Positions 12,806-25,341 of a stretch of 39,348 nt of DNA are shown here, piece by piece. The notes under the pieces are model-generated. The model saw only the letters and a list, made by a program, of their open reading frames with translations. It made no database searches and had not been told where the DNA came from. How positions within the stretch are numbered: the first letter of the stretch is position 1; every line of letters begins with the position of its first letter. The translations under genes and the position numbers were made by a program. Origin of the DNA: Batkoa obscura (Eukaryota); contig JASVEC010000158.1 in the NCBI GenBank assembly GCA_030770535.1, forward strand, positions 1 to 39,348, read 5' to 3'.

Positions 12806-13784
12806 TTTTAAATTAATCAAAAGCAATTGTTGAGTTTTAATATTTATAGTATAACTCCTATGACGTAACAATTAGGGAATGGAATTTTTCTAATTTTTTT
12901 ATTATGACCAAACATATTTTTTATCAAGTAGGAAAGATTAACCAATGAAGTTGACTTTTAAATCATTATTGCTTGTCTTAGTAAAAAATAAATGTCTAAA
13001 AAAATGGTGATAAAGTTTAAATTCATTGTTCATTATTTGGGTCATCACAACTTAAATTTCATATTTGAATGTTTTAACTCGGTAAATCTCATACTTTCAA
13101 TTTTTCACTACTTTAGTTTAGCATAGCGTTTTAAAAATTTTCTTAGTTTTTAGTTTTGTATACAATGTTTTCAACATATTACAGGCTACTTCAAAATAAT
13201 ATAAATAAAATTATTGATTTTTTAAATAGTTGTTAAAAATGAAAGTAGACAAAATGTAAAAATTACACTTGTTCAATTTTTTGAGATAACTATGATAGGT
13301 TGAAAATATTATATTAAGAGGCAAAAGTTTTTAAATACTCCTTCAAACTCAACTATCTATATCTATTATAAAAAGATTTTTTAGTAATCATATACTTATG
13401 TTATAATAGTTGAATTAAATTAACAAAATAAACAAAAAAATCATTCTAAGTATTCTTTATTAGGAACTTTTTATTTTTTTGCTTAAAATTTTATTAAATG
13501 TATTTTTGAGCTCATAGATAATTATGAGAAATCAAGCTATAAAAAAGAACTTATATTTTAAATGTTTTAAATTAAATCAGATAAAAATTAAATAGCTAAT
13601 AAAAAAACTACTATTTAATTATAAGAAACATTACTTCTATACTTAATATCTATATTTAGTAGTTATTATAAAAAATTATTCTTAACATTATTATTTTTAT
13701 CTTCTATAATAAAATTTAGTTATTTTAAATTTTAAACTTTTACAAATACAACTGTAAAAAAATTATTATTTTAGTTTTTTGTAT

Positions 13785-14246
13785 TGTGAAATCTGGTACT
13801 CAGTGGTTGGAGTTAAAAGCAATTTTTGCTTGATTAATTAATTATAAGTCGAAGGGTTTTAGTTTATGTAACCAAGATAGTTTTGAATTATGAACAACAG
13901 CATATAATAAGTTATGGATATGTAAGATAAATCAAATAGATGATACTGTTGTAAAATTTATATGAAATATTATAAGAAAGATCTAGCAACTTTATTAAAA
14001 GTACAACATCAGGAGATAATTCAGTTAGAAAGCCTTGAGTTATTATGTTCTATAGTCTCTTTTATACTCCAACAAGTATGGATATCAAAACGGGGAGATA
14101 ATATCCTTCAGAGTCATGTGACAGAAATCCTCATACCAAATCAAGATAAGGGCTTGGGATTGATTGTGCCTGGACTCGAGAACATAATGACCTAAGTGAT
14201 TCTTTGTTATAATTAATCATAGAGCTGACAAAGTGATATTTCATGA
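13785..14246 (+). mobile_element. Degenerate repeat, probable non-LTR retrotransposon (LINE ORF2) relic; left arm of inverted pair
   Basis: Reverse-complement homolog at 15247-15709. Broken frames give ISRRVLVYVTKIVL, QIDDTVVKFI* and ILQSHVTEILIPNQDKGLGLI, reminiscent of post-RT LINE motifs. The repeat is certain; LINE identity is from recall only. Confidence 0.5.
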
Positions 14247-14743
14247 TTATAAACTAAAATAGCCTTTTATTAAATGATTGTATTATTAAATATTAAAAAT
14301 AAGTTTTAGAAGTCTAGTTACTAATATTCAAATATATTTTAAAAAGCTTTAATATAGTAACTATAATTTTAATAAAGTTAAATATTAAGATAAGTTTAAA
14401 TAAACTATTAATTAGTATACTAGTATTCTTATAAAGATTATTTATGAAGGTTTAAAATAGATAATTATTATATATTTATTATTAGAATAGTTATTAAAAT
14501 TATAAAATAACTTTCTTTTATAAAATGTTTTTATAAAAATTAGGTAAATGCATTAAATTTAAAAAAGTATAGTATAATGAAAACTGTTCATGCATATTAA
14601 AAAATCTAAAATTAGGATGAATATGCTAACACAGAGTGGAAAAGTTATTAAATAGATTATTAGAACTAATTTTAAGATGAATATATATAATTTAATAAAT
14701 TTGGTATTAATACTAGTGGTAGTCAGGCTTTTGTAATAATGTT

Positions 14744-14841
14744 GGTGATGTTTTTTTTGATTTCATTATTTTTCCATTTTCTAAGCGCTATTTGAGTGGA
14801 AAGATTGTTAATAGAATTCTTAAACACAAAAAAACATCCCC
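14744..14841 (+). mobile_element. MITE family A copy 2
   Basis: GGTGATGT...ACATCCCC termini and family core; TSD not preserved. Confidence 0.75.
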
Positions 14842-14942
14842 ATTTGTTATTAAAAATAGATGTTGTTTTATAAACAAATAAATTAAGTAGAGCTTGATGT
14901 AAGTTATTTTTTTAATTTTAAAAACAGGATCTAGCTGAATAT

Positions 14943-15039
14943 GAGAATTTGTTTTTTTGTTTGAGAACTTAACTAGAAATTTTTCCACTCAAATAGCCCT
15001 TAAGAAATGGAAAAAGTAATGAAACCAAAAAACACCCCC
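14943..15039 (-). mobile_element. MITE family A copy 3
   Basis: Reverse-orientation core TTTTCCACTCAAATAGC; GAG...CACCCCC ends; flanks ATAT/GTAT. Confidence 0.7.
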
Positions 15040-15130
15040 GTATAAAATCTAGATTTATTTTTAAATTTAATAGTGTTATTGTTAAGATTCTATATATTAT
15101 ATCTGAGTAGTTTTTTATGATTAAACATAT

Positions 15131-15229
15131 GAGGATGTGTTTTTTGTGTTTAAGAATTCTATTAACAATCTTTCCACTCAAATAGCGCTTAGAAAATGGA
15201 AAAATAATGAAACTAAAAAAAACAGCTCC
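15131..15229 (-). mobile_element. MITE family A copy 4
   Basis: GAGGATGT...CAGCTCC, ATAT on both sides. Confidence 0.8.
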
Positions 15230-15246
15230 ATATTAATCTTGTGAAA

Positions 15247-15709
15247 TATTATGGAATACTGCTTTATCAGCTCTATGATTAATTATAACAAAGAATCACT
15301 TAGGTCATTATGTTCTCGAGTCCAGGCACAATCAATCCCAAGCCCTTATCTTGATTTGGTATGAGGATTTCTGTCACATGACTCTGAAGGATATTATCTC
15401 CCCGTTTTGATATCCATACTTGTTGGAGTATAAAAGAGACTATAGAACATAATAACTCAAGGCTTTCTAACTGAATTATCTCCTGATGTTGTACTTTTAA
15501 CAGAGCCACTAAATTCTCTTAATAGTAATTTAGGTAGATTTTACAGTAGTATCATCTATTCTATTGTCTTACATAGTCTATAGCATATTACTTGCTATTA
15601 TTTGCAACTTAAGTCTACCTTAGTCACATAAACTAAGATCTTCCGACTTACAGTATAGTCAATAAGTAGTAATTGTTTTGGCTCCATTCACTGAATATCA
15701 GATTTCACA
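15247..15709 (-). mobile_element. Right arm of the same inverted pair (probable LINE relic)
   Basis: 15267-15500 is the exact reverse complement of 13995-14228; flanks on both sides are homologous but diverged. Confidence 0.5.
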
Positions 15710-16110
15710 CAATTTTATAGTTAAATTAATTCTAATTTGTATAGTAAATTAAGTTAACTTCAAGTAATTTTGCTATTAAAAGCTGTTGTATTTTTGAATT
15801 TAAGTACAACTAATTTAAAACTTTCTATTTAGATTTACTACAAAATTTTTACAGTATGATTATAAAAATAATATTTTTGTATTTTAATATCTACATTTAA
15901 CAATTATAATAAAGAATAACTATTGTATTTTTATATACAATTATTTAATTAAAGTATAAAATTTTTTTAACATGGTAATTTAAAACTTTCTTTAAATTAT
16001 TTTTTAATATTATATACTTTAATCAAATTATTAAACTTTATAGTATTTTATGTAAATTTTATATTTTGAGTTATATAGTCAAAATGAACTTTAATTTATA
16101 AACATAATGT

Positions 16111-16209
16111 GGGGCTGTATTTTTGTGTTTGAGAATTTTACTAACAAATTTTCCACTCAAATAGCACTTAAAAGATAGAAAAAGTGATGAAGCCAAAAAA
16201 AATACCCCC
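16111..16209 (-). mobile_element. MITE family A copy 5
   Basis: GGGGCTGT...ATACCCCC, flanks ATGT/ATAT. Confidence 0.75.
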
Positions 16210-16317
16210 ATATGCAATTTTTATGCAAATCATAGGAAATAAATGAAAAAATACTTTTTTATTTAAACTAATTGAAATAAAAGTTTTAATGACTTATTAT
16301 ATAATAAGCTATTATAT

Positions 16318-16417
16318 GGGGATGTTTTTTTTGGCTTCATCACTCTTTTGATTTTTCAGGTACTATTTAAGTAGAAAGATTATTAATAAAATTCTTAAAC
16401 ACAAAAATACATCCACA
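16318..16417 (+). mobile_element. MITE family A copy 6
   Basis: GGGGATGT...ACATCCAC, ATAT on both sides. Confidence 0.8.
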
Positions 16418-17056
16418 TATACATAAAATAGCTTTGTTTTTTAGGTTTATTTATATTAATGGATGTTTATTAATTATTTGGTTTTTATTTAATTTTATTT
16501 GGTTTGATTTAAAGCATTTAAAATATAACTTTCACTTTTCATAAATTAATTTTTTATAATTATTTATAAGCTTAAAAATTTATTATTAAAGTTTGATTTT
16601 TAATTATTAAAAATTTTAATAGTTGAATTTTGTCTAATTTAGTTTCTACAAAAATTGCAAACCAAGTATAAAATGCTATTAAGTTAGATGTTTTCTTAAT
16701 TTTATATTATATAAGAATATTTTTTATCCAGTATTCATTTAAAAAAAACTTAACACTATGCTATATATAAAATGGACAAAAAAGCAAATTACAAAATTTT
16801 ACAATTTTAACTGACTTTTTATTAAACCTACATATATTAAAATCAAAAAAACAAATTATTTATAGTGAGAATATTCAAACATAAAAATCACAACTGTAGA
16901 ATCAAATTAATGCAGTTAATAGTAACAAAAACTTGGCAAAAAAAAGAAAATTTTGTATTATGATTGGCTTATTTTATGAGCATCTCATTCAATCCAAAAA
17001 AATTCCATGACATAAGTTGTCAGATTCATCTATGATTCTTAGCTTTTATTATCAAA

Positions 17057-19156
17057 ATGGATGAAGTCAACAAAAAAAAGGAGGATGAAAAAAACAATTC
17101 TGGAGATGATAAATCAACAAAAGAGCCTACATACTGGTATCAGCAACCTGAAGTAGTGCCTGGACCTCTTCCAATATTAAGTCGTCCGGAGAGAAACAAA
17201 AACAATGTTGCAGCAGAAGAGATTGCCCCCAATATTTTCATTAAAGACCCAAAGTCTTTACCTACCGACTTATCCAAGTTCCAAAGACCAAGGGGATACT
17301 ATGAACAACTTAAAGCTGATCCTGAACTAGTCGCTCCTCCTTATGAGGAGCCAAAACTCATCGGCTCGAAGCCCAAACTTGGGTTAACAGTTAGAAAGAA
17401 AAAATTATACAGCGATAAACCAACTCCAGATGGTATAGGAAGGCATGTGATGCAGATCCGCAACGCAGATGACATCAAAGACCTTGAAGCTCCTTTGAAA
17501 TTAATTCGTAAAGAAGTTCGCCTTTATGCTGAGAAAACTAAAGAAGAACTCGCAGAGATAGCTAAAAATGAAGCTAAGAATCTTGGAACAGGCGGTGGTG
17601 CGAATGCTAAAGGAGGAGCCTCACAAGGAGGTACAGGATACAATAAGCAAAATATGTTCAAGAAAAAGACAATTCAGATTTTTGAGCATGATAAAGAAGC
17701 TCGAGAAATAAAATTACGTGAAGCGCTGCCTTGGGTTGTAGCAGATGCAAATGGTATTGAACATCTTAAAGGAAAACACGATGAAGAGGAAGACATTCGT
17801 TATATTGCTTTAATTAAAGGAAAAAATGGAAGAACATATATCAAAAAAGTAGATCGCATTTATAATTTTACTTACCGTCCACCAACCAGTGAGCTTACCC
17901 TAGAGCAAAAAGAAAATCTCATTAGAGTGAGAAACAAAACCAAGAAAGGAGGAAGTCTCAAGTCTAAAATTGGTGATGCTCTTAAGAGTATGTTAAAGAA
18001 AGATAAAGAATCAGATGTAACTGCTAGTGCATTTGGCGGGTACAATCCTCTTAAACTTAAAACAGTACATGGAGCACAAAACTATAGTGATTTTAACAAT
18101 GGCCGTGGGGAAGATATGGAGGAGGTTGACTACGATGAAGATTTTCAAGATGATGATGAAGGAGTTGCTGCAGATGACATTGATGAGGATACAAAAGCCT
18201 TTGAAGATAGAGTTAAGAAAAGCCAACAGCGTTTGAATCCTGCTGGATATTTCGATGATGACATGTTTGGAGAGGATAAGGATGAAGGTAGTAAGTCTGA
18301 AAACAACAAAGAAGACGAAGAGGAAGATAGCGAGAATGTAGCCGAAGAAATTGAAGAGCAGATAATTGAAGAACAAATGGCTGATCTCAGTAACAACAAC
18401 GCGAATGATTCTGATTCTTCATTTAACGAATCAGACATTGAAAAGATGGATACTGCGGTTGAAAATAAGCGTGATGCACAAAAAGCGTTAGCAAATGGAT
18501 CTCCCGTAAGTAAATCAGGATTGAAAAAGAGAGAAGCATCTAAACTTAAGTTAGAATCTAGAAAAGGGTCAAAAGGAAAAAAGGCAGAATCTAGCTCCAA
18601 ACCAGCTAGTACAAACCAAAGCGGTCTTAAACGTGGAACTAAAAATACTAGCCAAGCTATTCAAAATGTACTTCAACGCCAAAAATTAGATGAAAAGAGA
18701 GCAAGAGATTTACAAACTGATCCAATTGCTAGAGCTAGAGCAGCTGCAAATCAGCCACTTAGACCATCACCACTTTCTCAAACTACCACTCTTAACCCTT
18801 CCTCTCAATCAAAGAGGCCAGCTGATGGAGCATTAGATGCGAACAAACAACCTAGGCAAAAGGTGTCACAAAGTCCAAACAGTCAAAACTCAGAATCAAG
18901 AAACCGAGCTACAGTTTCAAATGCAGGTACTGATTTGCAAAGCCTATTTCAACCTAAAAATGTTGTAAAGATTGTTGAAGAAAACCCTGGTATTACTCCA
19001 GTTCAAGTATATGAGAAGTTTAAAAAAAAACACAATCTTGAAGAGGCCTCGGAAGAGGATTTAGCTATTCTTCGTAAGTTTATATCCAAAGTTATTACCA
19101 GAGATCCAGGGACTAACAAGGCTGTTGTTAAAGAGAAGTTTAGATCTCTAAGATAA
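17057..19156 (+). CDS. TFG1: Transcription initiation factor TFIIF large subunit (Rap74/Tfg1-like)
   Basis: Intronless 699 aa. FKKKTIQIF...REALPWVVADANG..LKG, YNFT, acidic EVDYDEDFQDDDE segment, low-complexity region and short C-terminal winged-helix-like domain match the fungal Tfg1 layout. Confidence 0.78.
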   Translation: MDEVNKKKEDEKNNSGDDKSTKEPTYWYQQPEVVPGPLPILSRPERNKNNVAAEEIAPNIFIKDPKSLPTDLSKFQRPRGYYEQLKADPELVAPPYEEPKLIGSKPKLGLTVRKKKLYSDKPTPDGIGRHVMQIRNADDIKDLEAPLKLIRKEVRLYAEKTKEELAEIAKNEAKNLGTGGGANAKGGASQGGTGYNKQNMFKKKTIQIFEHDKEAREIKLREALPWVVADANGIEHLKGKHDEEEDIRYIALIKGKNGRTYIKKVDRIYNFTYRPPTSELTLEQKENLIRVRNKTKKGGSLKSKIGDALKSMLKKDKESDVTASAFGGYNPLKLKTVHGAQNYSDFNNGRGEDMEEVDYDEDFQDDDEGVAADDIDEDTKAFEDRVKKSQQRLNPAGYFDDDMFGEDKDEGSKSENNKEDEEEDSENVAEEIEEQIIEEQMADLSNNNANDSDSSFNESDIEKMDTAVENKRDAQKALANGSPVSKSGLKKREASKLKLESRKGSKGKKAESSSKPASTNQSGLKRGTKNTSQAIQNVLQRQKLDEKRARDLQTDPIARARAAANQPLRPSPLSQTTTLNPSSQSKRPADGALDANKQPRQKVSQSPNSQNSESRNRATVSNAGTDLQSLFQPKNVVKIVEENPGITPVQVYEKFKKKHNLEEASEEDLAILRKFISKVITRDPGTNKAVVKEKFRSLR

Positions 19157-19948
19157 AGGCTAGGTGATTGTAAGATTCAATTTTGGAAGTAATTGATGGA
19201 GCTTTAGCTTATTAATAGCTAGCATTATTAGTTTTAGTTTTTTCAATATTAAAGCAATTTGAGGTCATGTTAGTATTTATTACCTGTTATTTTTAACGAT
19301 TTTTTAATTAATTTATATTTATGTTTAAACAAAAATATTATTAATAATATTAAAACATTTCTTTACTATCATTGTAAGTAAAATTTAATAGAATGTCCAA
19401 AACAAATGTATTTGGAAGTTTACATATTGTATATTTTGTATATACACTAGATGTTCATTAGGCATGTTAGCACTGTCTAGATAGCGATCAGATCCTTTGT
19501 TACGAGAGGGAAAAGGAGGTTTTTACTACTATCAGAAAAGCAGTGGTCATATCTTAATGTGTATAATTATAGTAGCCTTGCTTATCAGTTATAGCTATGA
19601 TATTAACTAATTTTGTTGGATATAATTGTAGCTTCCTTATATGAGTCTTAAAACTTTACACATTATTGAATCCAAATCAATAGCTTTTTAATTCATTGAT
19701 ATATATTCAACTATTAATTTTTATTAGTTCTTACTGTAAGTGTTTTGAAAGCATTAACTGTAATCTATTCTAAAAAAAGTAAATTTGAGTTAAATGCTGA
19801 CCAACTTTGAGCCACAAAAGAATTTTGATTTCACTCAAACTTATTGGCTAGCTTTAAAATTAGATTTTACCTAATTAAACTAACCAAAAATTTCGACTAA
19901 TTTAAAGACTCATTTTATATCATATCTAGCTTGGTCCTAATTCAATAA

Positions 19949-22668
19949 ATGTTTAGTCGACTCTTAGCTTCAGCAGTGGATGCTTTAGTTCCACAGATCA
20001 AATCCAACCTAGAACTTCTTCAATATAACTGGGACGACATACACCATTTTTTAATTAATATTGGGCAGAGTAAGTTTAATGTAAAAGGATAATAGATAAC
20101 TAATTATGGTACAGATAACATCAATGTTCACATCAAAGAAACAAATATCAGCCAAAATCTAAAAGCAATTATAAGACTAGTTAAGGAAGACTCACGTTCA
20201 AGCAAAAACGTTTCAACAGGTATGCAATGTTTGGATTATATATTGCAAGAAAGGGTATTGGGCATACTTACAGAATATGCTATCAAAGATGTAATTAATC
20301 TTTAACTTGACATTTTAATTAAGACTTGGACTTAATATTTAGTTAGATACCTAAAGGGTTAATTCACGAGGTGCTCAACTTATTTATCGAACTCTTTAAT
20401 CTTTTTCCTACCAAACTTTTGCCACAGCTAACAGCTAGAAAACCAATGTTAAAGATCATCCAACATTGTTTGAGCTTACATGAGAACGTTTTAATCAGCG
20501 AAGCCCATACAAGTCTCATATTGACTATAATTACCTCACTACATCTGCAACCTATGTTACTCCCACTGTTTACAGCAAAACCTAATAAGAAGGCAAGAAG
20601 GCCAAGTAGTATCAGCAGTTTTGCTAAAGTGAGTATAAATCAGTTTGTGATAAAGGTGATTATATTAGTATTTTTATTATTAGCTTATTTTCTAAATTGT
20701 ATAAGACTGAAAATTTAGCCCCAATAATGATATTTTTTGTTTCATTACAAAATTATATATGTTCAAATGGTGCATTAGGGGTACACTCTAGATCAGCTTT
20801 ATATGAACTTATATCTTTAATGTCCAATCATACAGATTCGATTACACTTTTGGTTGATGAACCTATATTTAAAGAGTTGATGGTAAATATTTATTTTAAT
20901 TTATTTATTTTAATTTTAATTTAATAATATATTTTAGTTAGAGCAATTGACGTTTCAATATTCATCTATGCCAACGAGTTTTAGTCGCAGGAAAATCATT
21001 CGACCAGAAAAAAGGAGATCCACGATAACACAAAAAGCTAAAATAGAAACATCATCGATTAAAGAGCGCAATATTATATTAATCGATACTTTTTTTGAAC
21101 TTTGGAAATTTGTTAATAATTTGATGAATACTTCGAATCATGTAGGTTGTTTTGTTATGAATTTTTTAGAAAACTAAAATTTCTTTTAGGATATTAAAGA
21201 ATATATTTTAAATGGTATCATTAAACCTTTTTTAAGTGGTGTTACATTGCCTGGATTTTTCCATAAGTAAATTTATAGTTTACCTTTAGTTTTTGGATAG
21301 CAATTATTTATATAAAGTACACCATCCATTGTATGTTCTCGTACAATGTATTTTTTAGATATGCTTACTGAATCATCGTCACATGACGTTTTTGATACAC
21401 TGATTGAGTTTATATGCCATTCTAAAGAACCTTGTATGGCTTTAGGCCCTAATGACGAGGTTTGTAATTTGTTATGATCCGTTATGAAATTAAAAATTGT
21501 CTAGGTGACCAATAAAACGGTGTTAGATTGTATATTATCAAAGTTTGAAGATAGTGATGATGAAGTAATAAAAACAAAGTATAGTTTAACATAATAATCT
21601 AATGTTTTGAAAAGATTAGCTTGGTATCAATGCAATTGTTTGATACTTTGCTCTGCTTAAATAATGCTAAAGTTTATAAAGCATTAGGGTTAAGTCAGGT
21701 AGAAATATCAGGGTGTAAAGTAAGTGATCCGGAGATCCTTCTAAAAGCTCCTATAAAGTAAGTTAAACAAGTAATAGACATAATTTTTTTACACTTTTCA
21801 TAGCTTTTTGAACCTCAGTATTCCAAATAATGCAACAGACCCAATCCTTAGAGATTTTTTACTTCTACTTAACCCTCATAATTCGGGTTTTGATGACTAT
21901 TTTTTAGATACTGTAGATCACATTTATCTATCTATCATGAGGTCATATAATAGCACAACTCCAATCAATGGGAATGAAAATAGCCCAGATTCTAAAGACG
22001 AAATTGATTTGCCATTACTATGGAAAATCATGTTAAAAGAGGCAGGAAGATTATCTCAAAGATCTCACGAAAGGATAACTTTAATTACGGGGATTATTAG
22101 CAAACTAATCAAATGTGATTTCAATACCATTGTATATCACTTAATGAAGGATACGATATTAGTAACGGAAGCTAATCAAAAAGAAGAAACATATAGTGAA
22201 TTAACTTACAATACAGTTCTAAGTCAACTTGTTGTACTCCTTCAAAGGGTATGCTTTAATATCAAACAAAAACAAAAATAAATGACTAATATTTAGGCCA
22301 TACGACATATCGAAGAAGAGATTAGCGCTCTGGGTAATGAAGCATGGAACGCGATCACAATCATTGATGCCTCTACCCCAAATGAAAATCCAACGCCAAC
22401 ACCGCCCAGTCCTACCGCTGCTTCATTAAAATTTAAGGACTTTAATGGACTAGGGGAACTGAAGCAACATTTTGGAATGTCTTCAAATCCGAAATCACCC
22501 ACATCACCAACCAAAGTTAAGTTTGGACCTAGAGTTGAAATACTGCAGTTTGTAGCACCAATCTATAAGGATAGGTTTTGGACTTATCTTATTTTGCAGG
22601 AGTTTTGTAAGGAAATGGCACTTTGTCTTACCGTCTATTGTTTTAATTTTGCTAATCAGTTTGAGTAG
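19949..22668 (+). CDS. FHIP/FAM160 (RAI16-like) FTS-Hook-interacting protein, multi-exon
   Basis: N-terminus MFSRLLASAVDALVP...W..IHHF...ETNISQNL...CLDYILQERVL...DIPKG and C-terminal ILQEFCKEMA resemble FAM160B/FHIP2; about ten GT-AG introns join the ORF-track fragments in frame. Confidence 0.8.
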
Positions 22669-23094
22669 TTAGAGTTTTATAAAATAAGAGATTAAATTCA
22701 TTTGAGTTATATATAATAAATAGTAAGTTTTTCCTTAGTTTGATTTATTTAAGAGTTAAACAATTTTTCAATGAGGTGGCTAAAGTGGTGTAATCGTTTA
22801 AAATGCTACTTTAAGTGATTTTAGGAATAAGGAATAAGTTAAATGGTATATCGATCATAATTAAAGCAATGCTAGTTTTTATTTTGTATGCTATAGTATA
22901 TAAAAACATAATTTTATTTGAACTTTTATTGAACACTAACAACCATAGCAATTCTATCTATAATCCCAAATATGAAAATTAGATGTATTCTAATTTTAAA
23001 CACATCTTATTTATTTTATTATAATAGATCATCCTTAAAAACCAAATCTTAGTGAAAAAAATAAAGTACCAATTGATAAAGCTTTATCCTCCAC

Positions 23095-25242
23095 TCATTC
23101 AAATATAGAATTGATTTCCATCATCGGATCACTATAATGTAGTACCGCAATAATATCTCCACGATATTTGTTTAAAATTAAGATAAGGTCCTTCTTGCTA
23201 ATATTTTCATAATAAGCAATCTCATCCAGATGATATTGTCCATTAAAATACTTAACTAACCTGAAAAATATAAATATACTCATACATATTCATGAATCTA
23301 ATTTTTCCTTACCTTAAAAAAATATGTGTAAGCTCTGACACCTGAGAACTGGCCACCTCTTTGATCCACTCTTTTTCTGCTTCTGTGGCGTGTGCTGGGT
23401 TCGAAATAAGAGCAATTGAAGACGGTATGTATCCATTCTCTTGTGATAATTCGCCAGGCTGGTGTGGCAGCCCTTCCCAATTAACACCTACTCGATCTAT
23501 CTCATGGCTGCTGTAACCGAGTTTGATATGTCTAGGTATTACTAGATAGATATAATGATTTAGCTGTACTGCTGCGTCTTTCCTTAACAAAAAGATGATA
23601 GCCTCTAAATACTGCGCCCTTAGTTCTCTGTCTTTGCTTACTAAAGCGTATTGGTTGGCAGTTGATAAAAAGGACAATAAGTCAGCTAATGGTATATTTG
23701 GGAAATACTGTTTGAATTCTGCAACCAAGTCTTCATAGCTATTAATAGATAAGAAACGATTTTAGCTAAAAATCAATTTTTGTAGTGTTACCTAAAATCA
23801 TTAAGGAATTTCGGTGACAGTGTATAAATATTTTTTGGTGATATCACATCTATAAGCTTTGCTTTTTTCCAATAGATCAAGTGACTAGCTAAACGGATCA
23901 TATGACTCATGGAACAGTCCAATTGTGGAAGCAGATCAGACAAACTATATAATTAAGCTTTATTTTCATTGGACTATCTCTATTAAAAAGCTACCTTTTA
24001 GTTGGGGTTAATACATGAATAAGCTTAATGATTTTAGGAGAAGCGTCAGGTGGGAGTGCTTTTAAAATATCTTCCGGGGTATCCAAAAGGAGTAATGTGT
24101 GATATGGTCGAATGACTGGCAGTTTTAGTCGACCACTTGAAAAGTCCTAGTCTTATTAGTAATTACTGGTGAATTGAAATAAATTAATTACCCTTTCTAT
24201 TGAAGAGCTATATAGTCCACCTGGGTACTTGTAATTACCAGAAGACTCATCTTGCCTTATATGCTGTGTAAGAAAATCTAGTCTCTGGGGAGGAATTTGT
24301 AGAGAAAGATGAATGTAATTATTAACAGCTAGTTGAGCAATTTTTCCTTGGCATATACTCGAGTATAAGCATGCGATATCTTTTGCTAATGGACTAGAGT
24401 TTAATATATTGTTCATCAACTCATCTCTGGACTGACCTTTTAAATAAATGCTAATAGTTAAAAAATAATATTTAAAGTGATACTCAAAACTCACCTTTTG
24501 AAATAGCCTCATCAGTCAAAGATAAAATCATTTCAACATTTTGCCTTAAATAATCACACCTTTTCTGTTCATAGATCAAAGCTGTGTTATATGTAGTGAT
24601 CACATTGTTATAAAGTGAGTCTTCAAAATTTTGATATGAGTTATAGACGCTATTACTGGAATTTTTAACCACATAAACCATATGAAATAAAGTAATTTGA
24701 GAATAGTTACTTGAGTCTGTACGTATCAATGTTCTATATGGCTCTTGGACGGTATTTTCTTCACCAGCAGGTATAAACTGCTTTGAATCCTTACTTTGGT
24801 TCTTTTTGTTATTTTTATTCTCCAATAGTGTGGGTAGTCCTATAAAACACAAGTCTTGAATTGTGAGTTGAAACCTCTTATTACATAGTCCTGACTTTGG
24901 TGAAAAGACGTTCGCTATTAAACTTGGATCAAAGCCTAGTACAGTGTCATATAGCTGTAACTTACGGTCAATAATCCCACGGGGATCGTTATCTAAATCA
25001 TTTTCTAGGGTATCGGGTAAGGATTCTTTATCAAAGAAAGTGTCTGTAGACTTATTACGGTTATGGTTAGATAAGTCAAGATTGTTTTCTGGTTTGAGAT
25101 CAGATGAGTGGAATGTTTCTACATGTTGTACTGAGTTTGGGTTTGGAGTCTCCGTTTTAGAAATACTGTTCGGATATTGAAGTACAAAATGATGCCCTCG
25201 ACTTGAGTTGACCACTAAAATTATGGCTTGTAAAGTGTTCAT
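23095..25242 (-). CDS. NPR3: GATOR1/SEACIT subunit Npr3/NPRL3
   Basis: AIILVVNSSRGHHFVLQYP, FQLTIQDLCFIGLP, LIYEQKRCDYL, IRPYHTLLLLD, HLIYWKKAK, YFNGQYHLDEI; six exons with GT-AG introns. Confidence 0.93.
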
Positions 25243-25341
25243 TTTTTAAAAAATACAACTTAAGAAGTTGAATTTTCAGCTTTTGCAAATATAAAATTTT
25301 AATAAAAACATTTGTTTAAAAGATAATAATAATATTAATAA

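Noticed and set aside
13962..15509. Twin 77-aa and 69-aa ORFs as duplicated genes
   Set aside because: They lie in the identical core of a decayed repeat whose flanking homology is full of stops and frameshifts.
19465..19475. GTTAGCACT (and AAGGTTAGC at ~38280) as U6atac fragments
   Set aside because: The adjacent AAGGAGAG box and the rest of the snRNA are missing.
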